64,000 nucleotides of DNA from an uncultured Pelagibacteraceae bacterium. GTDB lineage: Bacteria > Pseudomonadota > Alphaproteobacteria > Pelagibacterales > AG-422-B15. Below, one piece after another: positions 1 through 9,232 of the stretch. The stretch is taken from NCBI GenBank assembly GCA_902624455.1, contig CACNXQ010000002.1, positions 60,155 to 124,154 of the forward strand, in the 5' to 3' direction. The position numbers were made by a program, and so were the translations under genes. Numbering within the stretch: position 1 is the first letter of the stretch; each line of letters begins with the position of its first letter. The notes below the pieces were generated by a model. It did no database searches. It was not told the DNA's origin and saw nothing but the letters and a program-made list of their open reading frames with translations.

Positions 1-1069
1 CATATCTACAGTTATTTAAACCTAAAAGTTTTTTTATATTTTTCAAAACTAACTGATTGCATATCCAAAACATTAGTTTTAATTTGAGAGGCGGTTCCTT
101 TCCCTCAATAAAATATTCTTTATACTTTGCACCAGTATTGATAGATAAATTGTAAAAATATCTTCCTATGAAAGTTGCATCCTTCATTAAAATGGTAATT
201 GATGAATAAAACTTTTCCCAAATTCTTGGAACAGCAACAAAGACCGTTGGTGATACTTCTCGTATATTTTCAGGAACAGTGTCTATACTCTCAGCAAAAT
301 TTACAACAGCACCGGTTTTAAGTGGAAACATCACAGATACTGATCTTTCAAGAATATGACATAGTGGAAGAAATGATAATTGCTCCTCATGTTCTCTAGC
401 TTCAAAAATTTCAACACCTGTATTGACCGAGTAGAGTAAATTTTTATGATTTATCATAGCTCCTTTTGAAGGACCTGTTGTTCCTGATGTATATACAAGT
501 ATTGCTATATCATCTGCTTCTACACTATTGATTGACTGAAGCCAGAGGTCTGGTTGATCTGAATCTACTTTTTTTCCAAGTTGTATGAATTCTTCATAAC
601 TTAAAACCTGATCGTCTTTAAAGTCATTTAAGCCCTCCATATCATAAACAATGATTTTCTTTAATGAGGGACACTCATTTCTAACTTCCAATATCTTATC
701 GAGCTGTTCCTCATTTTCTGCAAAATAAAACTTTGTCTTACTGTCATTTACTAAATATTTAACCTGCGCGGCAGAGTCAGTTGTGTAAATTCCACTTGAA
801 ATACCTCCAGCACCAATTGTTCCCATATCTGTAAATAACCATTCAGGTATCCCCTCACTAGCAATTGATACAACATCTCCTTTTTCTAAGCCAAGAGATC
901 TAAGAGCTAAACCAGTAAACTTTGCACTTTCTCCGTATGAGGACCACGATGTTTCTTGCCATATTCCTAAATGCTTTTCTCGCATTGCGATTTTTTCAGC
1001 GCGATCTTGGACAGTATTCCAAAATAACTTTGGAATTGAATTTATCTCCACATTTTCTTTTTCTTCCAT
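1..1069 (-). CDS. AMP-dependent acyl-CoA synthetase/ligase (long-chain fatty-acid-CoA ligase-like), N-terminal ~356 codons; 3' end lies beyond the window edge
   Basis: Absent from the ORF track because it runs off the window. Manual minus-strand translation from ATG (complement of 1069-1067) gives MEEKENVEINSIPKLFWNTVQDRAEKIAMREK... with AMP-binding signature LVYTSGTTGPSKGAMINH. Start overlaps the upstream ABC ATPase stop by 28 nt. Confidence 0.8.
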   Translation of the reverse strand, partial: MEEKENVEINSIPKLFWNTVQDRAEKIAMREKHLGIWQETSWSSYGESAKFTGLALRSLGLEKGDVVSIASEGIPEWLFTDMGTIGAGGISSGIYTTDSAAQVKYLVNDSKTKFYFAENEEQLDKILEVRNECPSLKKIIVYDMEGLNDFKDDQVLSYEEFIQLGKKVDSDQPDLWLQSINSVEADDIAILVYTSGTTGPSKGAMINHKNLLYSVNTGVEIFEAREHEEQLSFLPLCHILERSVSVMFPLKTGAVVNFAESIDTVPENIREVSPTVFVAVPRIWEKFYSSITILMKDATFIGRYFYNLSINTGAKYKEYFIEGKEPPLKLKLMFWICNQLVLKNIKKLLGLNNCRY

Positions 1070-1815
1070 CTTCTCTCACCTCTAACACCTTCATCTTGTT
1101 GGCCAAGATAAAATTCTTTAATATCTTCTTTCTCAAGAAGTTCTTTGCTATCACCTTCCATAACAATTCTTCCTAATTCTAAAACATATCCAAAATGTGA
1201 ATTGCTTAACGCGATATTTGCATTTTGTTCTACAAGAAGTATCGTTGTTTTTAATTCTTGATTAATCCTGATAATTATTTCAAAAATTTCTTTAACAAGC
1301 TTGGGTGATAAACCTAAAGAAGGCTCATCCAATAACATTATTTTAGGCTTGCTCATCAATGCACGACTAATGCACAGCATTTGTTGCTCTCCACCTGAAA
1401 GTAGTCCTGCAGGTTGACTCTTACGTTCTTTCAAGATTGGAAAGTATTCAAAAACTTGTTCAATATCTTTCTCAATTTCTGACTTATTTGACCTCGTAAA
1501 TGCTCCCATTTGCAAATTTTCCAATACAGAGCAGTACGGGAATACTTCTCTGCCCTCAGGAGCATGACTCATACCTAATTTAAGAATTTTATCAGGATCT
1601 TTTTTTTGAATTTCACTACCATTTAATAGCACCTTTCCTTTTCTTGGATCGATTGCACCGCTAATGGTTTTTAAAATTGTTGTTTTTCCTGCTCCGTTTG
1701 AACCTAAAATAGTTACAATGCTCTCGGGAAAAACTTTAAAACTAATACCTCTTATCGCCATTATGGGACCATAATAGGTCTCAATATTTTCTACATTTAA
1801 TAAAGGTTCAGCCAT
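1042..1815 (-). CDS. livF: Branched-chain amino acid ABC transporter ATP-binding protein (LivF family)
   Basis: Walker A GSNGAGKTT, ABC signature LSGGEQQML, Walker B IMLLDEPS; N-terminus LLNVENIETYYG typical of LivF/BraG. Confidence 0.8.
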   Translation of the reverse strand: MAEPLLNVENIETYYGPIMAIRGISFKVFPESIVTILGSNGAGKTTILKTISGAIDPRKGKVLLNGSEIQKKDPDKILKLGMSHAPEGREVFPYCSVLENLQMGAFTRSNKSEIEKDIEQVFEYFPILKERKSQPAGLLSGGEQQMLCISRALMSKPKIMLLDEPSLGLSPKLVKEIFEIIIRINQELKTTILLVEQNANIALSNSHFGYVLELGRIVMEGDSKELLEKEDIKEFYLGQQDEGVRGERRWKKKKMWR

Positions 1816-1827
1816 AATTGAGGGATA

Positions 1828-3612
1828 TTATAGTAACTTTTCAGGAATAGGAACTTTTTGATCCAACAGTATTTGTGCATATGCCTTACCCTGAGGATCA
1901 TTCCTTAGGCTTGCAGGACCACCACCACCTAAAACATCATTTAATACAAAATTAATCGCGCAAGAACCAGGCAAATAGTAGGTTTCAACAGACCCTTCTA
2001 GAAATTTTTTAAAACACTTTGCAACAACATCTCCATTTAAGAAATCACAGATAGCAGGATAGAATTTTTCATGACGAGAAATAATGCCGATATTTGCTTT
2101 ATTTCCTTTATCTCCACTTCTTCCATAAGCAACTTGAATAAGGGGTACATCAATAAATTTTTCATTTGTACTGTCAAAAGACGGTTTGGAAGTTTTTTCA
2201 ATAGAACTTTGATCAAAAGCTTCATGTGAAAAAATATCAAATCTTTTTTTTGTATTACCATCGTCTATTTCAATATCTACTTCAGACTTATCTATTAGAA
2301 ATGAAAACAATCTTACAATTGGAGATGGTTTTGGCCTACCTCCAACAAAACCAGATAATCCTGGAGGAGTTGCAAGACCTAGTCCAACTGACTCTTTTAA
2401 CATTATACCAACTGCCCGAATATCTTGATGCTTTGCAGCAAATTTTAAAACAACTTCACGATTATTTTCATTTGACCCCTGATTGCTATACTGACTATTA
2501 TCCCCTAAAAGTTCAATGCTAGTTTCTTCAAAATCTGGAATATTCATCATTCTCATAATCATTCTCGATCGTTCAAAAATTGCCTCTCCAAAAGCTTGAG
2601 CTTTTTTTGCTGCATCTATTCCAACAAATGAACATAAGTGACCTGCCCTGAAGCCATCTGTATACGTTGCACAAACTTTATATTCATTAGATGGTGGATA
2701 TCCTAATGCACCAGATATACTGACAACGTTTTTATCTGTTTCTTTAATTTGCACTTGGGAAAAGTCACAAATTACATCTGGAAGTTCGTAAGCTTGTGGA
2801 TTGCCAATTTCATATAACATTTGTTCAGCAACCGTTCCAAAACTTACAAGACCTGAACTATTTTTTGATTTAGAGCATGTGAAATTAGAATCCTCTTCAA
2901 TTTCTACTATAGGATAGCCTATTTCATGCAAATTCTTTGTAGACTCCTCCCAGTCGGTGAAATTACCACCAGTACTTTGCGTCCCACATTCAATAATATG
3001 ACCCGCAAGACTTCCTCCTGCTAACTTATTATATTCATCTTCTTGCCAACCAAATGAATAAATACAGGCAGCAAGTGTTACTGCGCTGTCTACACTTCTT
3101 CCTGTTATTACTATATCTGCCCCATCGTTAAGCGCTTGAGCAATTGGGAAAGCACCTAAATAAGCATTTATACTTGCTATATTTTCAATTTTTGGAAAAT
3201 CAGTTTCAGAGTACATTTCTTTTAGTTTTTGATCTGAAAACTTATCCTTTTTTTCAATTAGTTCGTCACCTAAAACAACAGCCACCTTTAAATCAAGTTT
3301 AAGTTCTTTTATTAATTCTCTTATGGCTTTAGCACATGCTTCTGGATTCACTCCACCTGCATTAGATAGAATTTTGATTTTTTGATCTGCAATTTGTCTC
3401 AAATTGAGCTTGAGAACACTTGAGACAAAATCTACTGCATAACCTTTCTCAGGATCTTTTGCTCTAGCTCGAGCCATGATGGACATGGTAATTTCAGCGA
3501 GATAGTCATAAACTATAAAATCAAGATTATTACCATTTAATAATTGCGGAGTAGCGATGATTGAGTCTCCCCAAAATCCGCTGGCACCACCTATTCTAAT
3601 CTTTTTGTTCAT
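1828..3612 (-). CDS. Acyclic terpene utilisation AtuA-family protein (DUF1446)
   Basis: N-terminus MNKKIRIGGASGFWGDS and ~594 aa length match my recollection of the AtuA/DUF1446 family. Start moved to the internal ATG at 3612 because the 30 upstream codons of the track ORF are low-complexity. Confidence 0.65.
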   Translation of the reverse strand: MNKKIRIGGASGFWGDSIIATPQLLNGNNLDFIVYDYLAEITMSIMARARAKDPEKGYAVDFVSSVLKLNLRQIADQKIKILSNAGGVNPEACAKAIRELIKELKLDLKVAVVLGDELIEKKDKFSDQKLKEMYSETDFPKIENIASINAYLGAFPIAQALNDGADIVITGRSVDSAVTLAACIYSFGWQEDEYNKLAGGSLAGHIIECGTQSTGGNFTDWEESTKNLHEIGYPIVEIEEDSNFTCSKSKNSSGLVSFGTVAEQMLYEIGNPQAYELPDVICDFSQVQIKETDKNVVSISGALGYPPSNEYKVCATYTDGFRAGHLCSFVGIDAAKKAQAFGEAIFERSRMIMRMMNIPDFEETSIELLGDNSQYSNQGSNENNREVVLKFAAKHQDIRAVGIMLKESVGLGLATPPGLSGFVGGRPKPSPIVRLFSFLIDKSEVDIEIDDGNTKKRFDIFSHEAFDQSSIEKTSKPSFDSTNEKFIDVPLIQVAYGRSGDKGNKANIGIISRHEKFYPAICDFLNGDVVAKCFKKFLEGSVETYYLPGSCAINFVLNDVLGGGGPASLRNDPQGKAYAQILLDQKVPIPEKLL

Positions 3613-3671
3613 AAACAATGAATTATATATAAAATAAGAGAAATAATATAAAAAAATTAATATTTGAAAGT

Positions 3672-4067
3672 ATGAGCTTTGTAGCTGCTGTAAAAAATGC
3701 ATTCATAAAATGTTTTGATTTTAAGACACGATCATCTAGATCAGAATTTTGGTACTTTTATATCTTTACTACTATTATGGGCTTTATCGGATTACAGATT
3801 GATCAATTATTTCAATTGAAGATAATGGGTCTTCAATTCGATAATATTAGTGGGACTGTTATCTTGGGTCCTCTATATATATTTTTTTATTTTCTTTTTT
3901 TTATACCCTCTTTAGCTCTCTACGTTAGAAGACTCCATGACATAAATCGATCAGGTTGGTGGTTATTAATTGTATTAATTCCGTTCATTGGATTGATAAC
4001 ATTGATTTTCTTTTTTTGTTTGAAGGGCTCAAAAAACCGAAATGATTTTGGTGAAATACCTACCTAG
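3672..4067 (+). CDS. DUF805 family inner-membrane protein
   Basis: RRLHDINRSGWW motif flanked by hydrophobic helices, characteristic of DUF805 (YhaH/YhaI-like). Confidence 0.7.
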   Translation: MSFVAAVKNAFIKCFDFKTRSSRSEFWYFYIFTTIMGFIGLQIDQLFQLKIMGLQFDNISGTVILGPLYIFFYFLFFIPSLALYVRRLHDINRSGWWLLIVLIPFIGLITLIFFFCLKGSKNRNDFGEIPT

Positions 4068-4237
4068 TCTTTTTCTTGATTTCCTTTAAAAGCTTTTGGA
4101 CCTGAACAATTACAATCTGCATCTTCTATGAAGATATTTTCGATATTATTATCTTGTATATTTGACGTTAATACAAAGTAAGATGATACAAATAAAAGAA
4201 TAATGGAAATAATCAAAATATAACTTGTTTTCAGCAT
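4064..4237 (-). CDS. Small membrane-anchored protein (57 aa from MLKTSY...), unknown function
   Basis: Single N-terminal TM helix (ILIISIILLFVSSYFVL) followed by a CNC motif. Lies directly downstream of the flavin reductase gene on the same strand. No homology recognised. Confidence 0.3.
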   Translation of the reverse strand: MLKTSYILIISIILLFVSSYFVLTSNIQDNNIENIFIEDADCNCSGPKAFKGNQEKD

Positions 4238-4247
4238 CTTTGAATTT

Positions 4248-4715
4248 CTAGGTGATCTGTTTATATCCACTTCTATAGTAAATTAATGGCTTCTTCTCAT
4301 TGTTCGTATCAAGGGTTTCTACTTTTCCAATAACAAGGACATGATCAGCAATATCAATTTGTTGAAATACTGTCAGCTCAATTACTCCAAGGCTGTTATC
4401 AATAATAATATTTCCTTTTTCTGAAATGTGATGTTGAGTTTTTGATACTTTATTTTCATCTTTGGTAGCAAATAGTTTTGAAGTTTCTTCCTGATCGCTT
4501 GATAGTATATTAATGGCAAACCTATTTGTTTTTAAAAATTCTACATGATCGGTTTCAGTTTTATAAATATTAAAAATTATAAGTGGAGGCTCGAGGCTAA
4601 GTGAAGCAAACGAATTTATGGTAAATCCACTTGAGTGAGATGTTGCTACAGCTACACCCGTTGCAAAAGAGCCAAACGCTCTCTTTAGATCATCTTTATG
4701 AAAATTATCAGACAT
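4248..4715 (-). CDS. Flavin reductase domain protein (FMN-binding split barrel, HpaC/RutF-like)
   Basis: N-terminal FGSFATGVAVATS motif and ~155 aa size typical of flavin reductase-like domain proteins. Confidence 0.7.
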   Translation of the reverse strand: MSDNFHKDDLKRAFGSFATGVAVATSHSSGFTINSFASLSLEPPLIIFNIYKTETDHVEFLKTNRFAINILSSDQEETSKLFATKDENKVSKTQHHISEKGNIIIDNSLGVIELTVFQQIDIADHVLVIGKVETLDTNNEKKPLIYYRSGYKQIT

Positions 4716-4737
4716 GATTGTTTATTTAAAATAACAG

Positions 4738-5685
4738 TTATACTAAAACTGACTTAAGTAAAGAGATGTATCCTTTTTTAATTTCCATCCTCTTATCATA
4801 TTGCTTTTCAATAAGCATTCTGTGAGCATCTTTGAGTTTGTAGCAAGGAATGAACATCAAGAGATGGTGCTCTAAATGATAATTTACATAATAAGGAGCA
4901 ACTAATGCTCGTTCAATAAATCCTGCATATGTTGTTCTTGCATTATTAAAATCATCACTATCGTGAGGTACACCAGCATGCTCAGCAATATTTCGTATTC
5001 TTAAGAATAGTTGAAAAAATGTAAATAGAGGCAATAACCAAAAGGCAAAATAATACCACCAGCTACCAATCATTGTCATTATAAGTAGTATTGCTAAATT
5101 AGAAAATAAAATTCCATACAATGTATTGGTCGACTTAAAACCTGAAATTCTTTTTCCATCATTTTTATCAATATCTGTTTGTAATAGAGTTTTGAAAATT
5201 AATTCATATCTTTGAACAATACCCGTTATACCAAAAATATCCCTCAAGGCTTTTCTTAAGAAACTTAACTTACTTACTGGAAATGGTTTTGACAAACTGA
5301 GGTCTGGGTCGTCTTCAAGTTGAGTATTTCTATGATGAGCTAAATGATAATGACGGTATCCATAAGTATCTAACCAGACAGGAAATGCACAGATCCACTG
5401 AGATAGCCTATCATTACTTTTTGTTTTATTAACTATCAAGCCATGTGCGCCTTCATGCATTAATATTGCTAATCCTAATTGTCGACCTGCAATGATTAAA
5501 ACTGCGATAAAAAAAGTTAAAATATTAGGAAATAAAGAAAATAAGAATACAGTTAAAAAAACTACAGCCCATGCATGAAATAAAAGTGATATCCCTCTAA
5601 CATCACTTTTTTCACGAAGCCACTGAATTTGATCCTGATCTAGTATTTCAGATGGTTTTATGAAAGGTGTAAATTTTTTAGTCAT
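4738..5685 (-). CDS. Membrane fatty acid desaturase family protein (di-iron, three His boxes)
   Basis: His boxes HEGAHG, HLAHHRN and HLEHH, plus hydrophobic segments in the expected arrangement. Confidence 0.8.
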   Translation of the reverse strand: MTKKFTPFIKPSEILDQDQIQWLREKSDVRGISLLFHAWAVVFLTVFLFSLFPNILTFFIAVLIIAGRQLGLAILMHEGAHGLIVNKTKSNDRLSQWICAFPVWLDTYGYRHYHLAHHRNTQLEDDPDLSLSKPFPVSKLSFLRKALRDIFGITGIVQRYELIFKTLLQTDIDKNDGKRISGFKSTNTLYGILFSNLAILLIMTMIGSWWYYFAFWLLPLFTFFQLFLRIRNIAEHAGVPHDSDDFNNARTTYAGFIERALVAPYYVNYHLEHHLLMFIPCYKLKDAHRMLIEKQYDKRMEIKKGYISLLKSVLV

Positions 5686-5849
5686 TTAATGTAATATATA
5701 TTTTTTTACAAAGTTTCACATTATTTTTGAATAACTAAAATATTTCAATAACTTAAGAAAATCCGACCACTATTTGTTGAGTCTAGATTCTATCATGGTT
5801 TTGCATGACAGATAAAATATGATTTTTTCTTTTTTATAAGGAGAATTTA

Positions 5850-6548
5850 ATGAAAAATAAATTAAAGGCTTTATGCCTCTCAATTGTTCTCATGGCATTT
5901 TCAACTTTACCATCAAAAGCATTCATTATGGATGTTTGGGAATTAAGAGGTGTCACAGGAGAAGAAGTATCTGAAGCTACTATTGCGTTTAAAGAAAAAG
6001 CAATGGCTGGTGGTGCAAAATACACTGCATTTAGATCGTCTACAAAAGTAAGAGGAGATGATACTCTTGATACGACATTTGTTCACGCATATTACGATAG
6101 TTATGAAGATCAAATGACTACACAAGTGCTCGTTGGTCAAAACCCTGATTGGTTTGCAAGTACGTTCGGTGAGTTAGACTTTACTGATGTAGACAATATC
6201 ACTTGGGCTAATGATCTTCCTGTTGGAGAAGTTGCAGCTGGTCAAACAGTTGCTTATGCAATGGTTGAAATCACTAGTGGTATCAATTTCCTATTAAACT
6301 TTCCAGAAATGCAAAAGAAAATGCAGGAATTAGGTGCGCCAGTACAAGTTGCATCAGCCAGTTGTGCATTGTGTGGTGCTGAAGTGCTACCAACCAATGC
6401 TATGGTTTATTTCTCAGCAGCTAATCCAGTCGATATGGGTAAAGGATTGGATATATTTGCAAGTGATGAGATGCAGAGATGGATGTTTTCCAACATGGCG
6501 CCTCATGCTAATTTCACTGATCAAGGAATAGTAGTTTTTAATAACTAA
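5850..6548 (+). CDS. Exported protein of unknown function (232 aa)
   Basis: Sec-type signal peptide MKNKLKALCLSIVLMAFSTLPSKA; strong SD AAGGAG 6 nt upstream of the ATG; C-terminal CALC motif; no family recognised. Confidence 0.6.
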   Translation: MKNKLKALCLSIVLMAFSTLPSKAFIMDVWELRGVTGEEVSEATIAFKEKAMAGGAKYTAFRSSTKVRGDDTLDTTFVHAYYDSYEDQMTTQVLVGQNPDWFASTFGELDFTDVDNITWANDLPVGEVAAGQTVAYAMVEITSGINFLLNFPEMQKKMQELGAPVQVASASCALCGAEVLPTNAMVYFSAANPVDMGKGLDIFASDEMQRWMFSNMAPHANFTDQGIVVFNN

Positions 6549-6556
6549 CTATTTAT

Positions 6557-6587
6557 GGCATAGTCGCGAATTAGATGCGGCTATGCC
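6557..6587. terminator. Hairpin between convergent genes (possible bidirectional terminator)
   Basis: GGCATAGtCGC...GCGgCTATGCC inverted repeat between the stop of 5850..6548 (+) and the stop of 6581..7765 (-). There is no clear U-tract, so its function is uncertain. Confidence 0.3.
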
Positions 6588-7765
6588 AACATGTAATCCC
6601 TTTTATCTGGGACTGTTTTTTTATTTTTTGATAGCTGTAATTGAAAAACAACCAAAGTTGACTCTTCAAATGAAGCTTGAGATGAAGAAAGATAGAAATC
6701 CCACATTCTACAGAACTTTTCATCATAAATTTCTTTTACTTTATCGATATTGTCATAGAAATTATATCTCCATCGTTTAAGCGTTTCTGCATAATGAAAT
6801 TTCAGAATTTGAATATCGGTCATCGACAATCCTGACTTTTCTATCTTTGAAACCGTTTCGCTAAGTGCTGGTATGTATCCACCTGGAAAAATGTACTTTT
6901 CGATCCATGGATCGTTGGTACTCGGCTTACTTAGTCTTCCAATTGTATGAATTAAAGCTACTCCAGTGTCGTTAAGAAGATCGTAAACTTTATTAAAAAA
7001 ATCTTGATAATGTTTTGTTCCTACGTGTTCGAACATGCCAACAGAAACAATACGATCATACGTTTCATTTACTTTCCGGTAGTCTTGAAGTTTATATTCT
7101 ACATTGTGAAGTGACTCTGTCTGTTTTCTTTTATTTGCATACTGAATTTGTTCTTCAGATAGTGTAATGCCTTTAACATTAACATCTGAGCGTTTAGAAA
7201 GAAATGATGCCATGCCTCCCCATCCACATCCTATATCTAAAACATTTTGACCTTTTTCTAATAAAAGTTTTTTCGCAATTAATTCTTTCTTATTTGTCTG
7301 TGCTTGATCAAGAGTATCATTTGGAGAATTGAAATAGGCACATGAATACTGTCGGTCTTTATCCAAAAATAGGTCATATAGTTGATCAGATAAATCATAA
7401 TGGTGAGCAACGTTTTTTTTACTTTTTGAAAGGTAATTTCCAACATTAAATTTACTTAAAATAAATCTTACAGTCCTTGATACGTCCATGATCCAGTGAT
7501 CAACATCTATTTTAGAATTTGAAAATAAAAGTTTGAGTAAGTCGTGTATTCTACCCTCTTCCATAATCAGAGATCCATTCATATAACTTTCACCAAATTG
7601 TAATGATGGGTTAAGTAATAACTTTACTTCTGAAAAATCTTTAGTCGTTCTTATCTTGATAAGTTCCCCTGATCCATCTCCATAATGATGAACATTTCCA
7701 TCATGTTGAATCCAAGTTAAATTACCTTTTCTTATAACTCGTGATAAAACACTTTTTATAATCAT
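6581..7765 (-). CDS. Cyclopropane-fatty-acyl-phospholipid synthase family SAM-dependent methyltransferase
   Basis: SAM motif VLDIGCGWGGMASFL, HYDLSDQLYDLFLD and MFEHVG motifs, and ~394 aa length typical of CFA synthase-like enzymes. Confidence 0.75.
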   Translation of the reverse strand: MIIKSVLSRVIRKGNLTWIQHDGNVHHYGDGSGELIKIRTTKDFSEVKLLLNPSLQFGESYMNGSLIMEEGRIHDLLKLLFSNSKIDVDHWIMDVSRTVRFILSKFNVGNYLSKSKKNVAHHYDLSDQLYDLFLDKDRQYSCAYFNSPNDTLDQAQTNKKELIAKKLLLEKGQNVLDIGCGWGGMASFLSKRSDVNVKGITLSEEQIQYANKRKQTESLHNVEYKLQDYRKVNETYDRIVSVGMFEHVGTKHYQDFFNKVYDLLNDTGVALIHTIGRLSKPSTNDPWIEKYIFPGGYIPALSETVSKIEKSGLSMTDIQILKFHYAETLKRWRYNFYDNIDKVKEIYDEKFCRMWDFYLSSSQASFEESTLVVFQLQLSKNKKTVPDKRDYMLA

Positions 7766-7807
7766 TCTAAAATTAAATAACTAAAATTTAATGGAATCAA
7801 TAAAAAG

Positions 7808-8887
7808 TTATGCAGGAATTTCGGTTAGAAAAAGCATGACATTACTTGAAGAATTAAGTTCTAATTGATTTTGACTCATGGCATCGATTAATCCTGCATA
7901 ACCTGCTCCACCTGAGGGAGAAGTTTCGAAACCATGTTGTTCTAATTCGTTCAAACACTCAGAAGCATCTTCATCAGTAATTGTCATGAAATGTGTGCTT
8001 GTTCGAGCAAGTGAAGATAATGCCCGAGTAGATGGAGCTTTACAATCTAATCGACCCATATTTGAAACATCTCCAACGACTTCTACAGCTTTACCAGCCT
8101 TAATAGACTCGATTACTACAGGTGCTTTAGTTGGTTCAACAATTATAATTTTTGGATCATTTCCATAAATCTTTCTTGCATATGCCGCCATTGATGCTGC
8201 AAAACCCCCTACTCCACATTGTAGAAATATATGTGATGGAATGTTTGGACAATCTTCATATGCTTCAGCAGCAGCCGCAAGATAACCCTCCATAACTTTT
8301 AATCCCATATCATATCCATCCCAAGTTACATCAGATAACAGTATCCAATTATTATCTTTTGCTGCTTTTTGCGCATGCAACATGCTTTCTTCATAATTAT
8401 TACCCGCGATTACAACATCAGCTCCATAACTCCTAATTTTATCAGCAAATGATTTAGGAACGGTCTTTGAAAAATATATCACCGCTTTAGCTCCAAATAA
8501 TCTTGCGCCAGCGGCTAAAGATAATCCATGGTTACCTGCGCTAGCTGTAACGTATGTTGTACCATTCAGTGATTTCTCCCATACTTCATAGGGACTATCC
8601 ATTGGAGTTACTTCAGCTGCATGACTTGCAATAACATAAGCAGCACCGAGTGCTTTGAAGCTCCCCAATCCCATTCGCTCTCTTTCATCTTTAAACCAGA
8701 GATTTTGTACACCAATTTTTTGTGCTAATTCGGGTGATATAGTAAGTGGTGTTCTATCTGCCTTTGGACAGTACTTGAGAAGCTCTCTAACGGAATCAAC
8801 ATTAGTACTAACCAAATCAATGCCATTATCAGAAGGCAGACCTTTTGAAAAAAAAGGATTGGTTATAATTTCTTTTGTTGTTTGCAA
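7808..8887 (-). CDS. PLP-dependent fold-type II enzyme, diaminopropionate ammonia-lyase (DpaL/YgeX)-like
   Basis: KDERERMGLGSFKALGAAYVIA (PLP lysine context) and TASAGNHGLSLAAGARLFG align block-for-block with my recollection of E. coli YgeX. Confidence 0.6.
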   Translation of the reverse strand: MQTTKEIITNPFFSKGLPSDNGIDLVSTNVDSVRELLKYCPKADRTPLTISPELAQKIGVQNLWFKDERERMGLGSFKALGAAYVIASHAAEVTPMDSPYEVWEKSLNGTTYVTASAGNHGLSLAAGARLFGAKAVIYFSKTVPKSFADKIRSYGADVVIAGNNYEESMLHAQKAAKDNNWILLSDVTWDGYDMGLKVMEGYLAAAAEAYEDCPNIPSHIFLQCGVGGFAASMAAYARKIYGNDPKIIIVEPTKAPVVIESIKAGKAVEVVGDVSNMGRLDCKAPSTRALSSLARTSTHFMTITDEDASECLNELEQHGFETSPSGGAGYAGLIDAMSQNQLELNSSSNVMLFLTEIPA

Positions 8888-8893
8888 GGGAAT

Positions 8894-9184
8894 TTAATTT
8901 TCGTGAATTACAGGTCCTGATACAGGATCAGTAACTCCTAATTCAGGAGAAATTTCTTCAAGCATATCTCTAACACTATCAAGCCATGAGATCATACTTT
9001 GCATTTCAGCATCCATTGCTTCTTTAGACTCCCATAATCCATAGCCACAAAAAGTATTGTCGCCCGTTTGAATCGTTCTGCCCTCTATTTGACCTTTCCA
9101 TTTTGGCTGACTTTTCAATTTATCAAGATAATCATTAATCCTATCCGGTTTCACAATAAATCTTACAACGTTCATATGTGTCAT
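8894..9184 (-). CDS. Small ferredoxin-fold protein, ABM (antibiotic biosynthesis monooxygenase)-like
   Basis: 96 aa with a GLWESKEAMDA motif resembling ABM domains. Lies 6 nt upstream of the PLP enzyme on the same strand. Confidence 0.4.
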   Translation of the reverse strand: MTHMNVVRFIVKPDRINDYLDKLKSQPKWKGQIEGRTIQTGDNTFCGYGLWESKEAMDAEMQSMISWLDSVRDMLEEISPELGVTDPVSGPVIHEN

Positions 9185-9232
9185 GAATTTCTCCTTTAAA
9201 ATTTTAGTCTAAAAAATATATAATAATACATA

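Noticed and set aside
922-1176. 84-aa plus-strand ORF
   Set aside because: It is antisense across the junction of the acyl-CoA synthetase and livF-like genes, and its translation is low-complexity.
3613-3702. 30-codon N-terminal extension of the AtuA-like ORF
   Set aside because: The segment is low-complexity and AT-driven (FQILIFLYYFSYFIYNSLF) and overlaps the DUF805 gene start region. The family-typical N-terminus begins at MNKKIRIGG.
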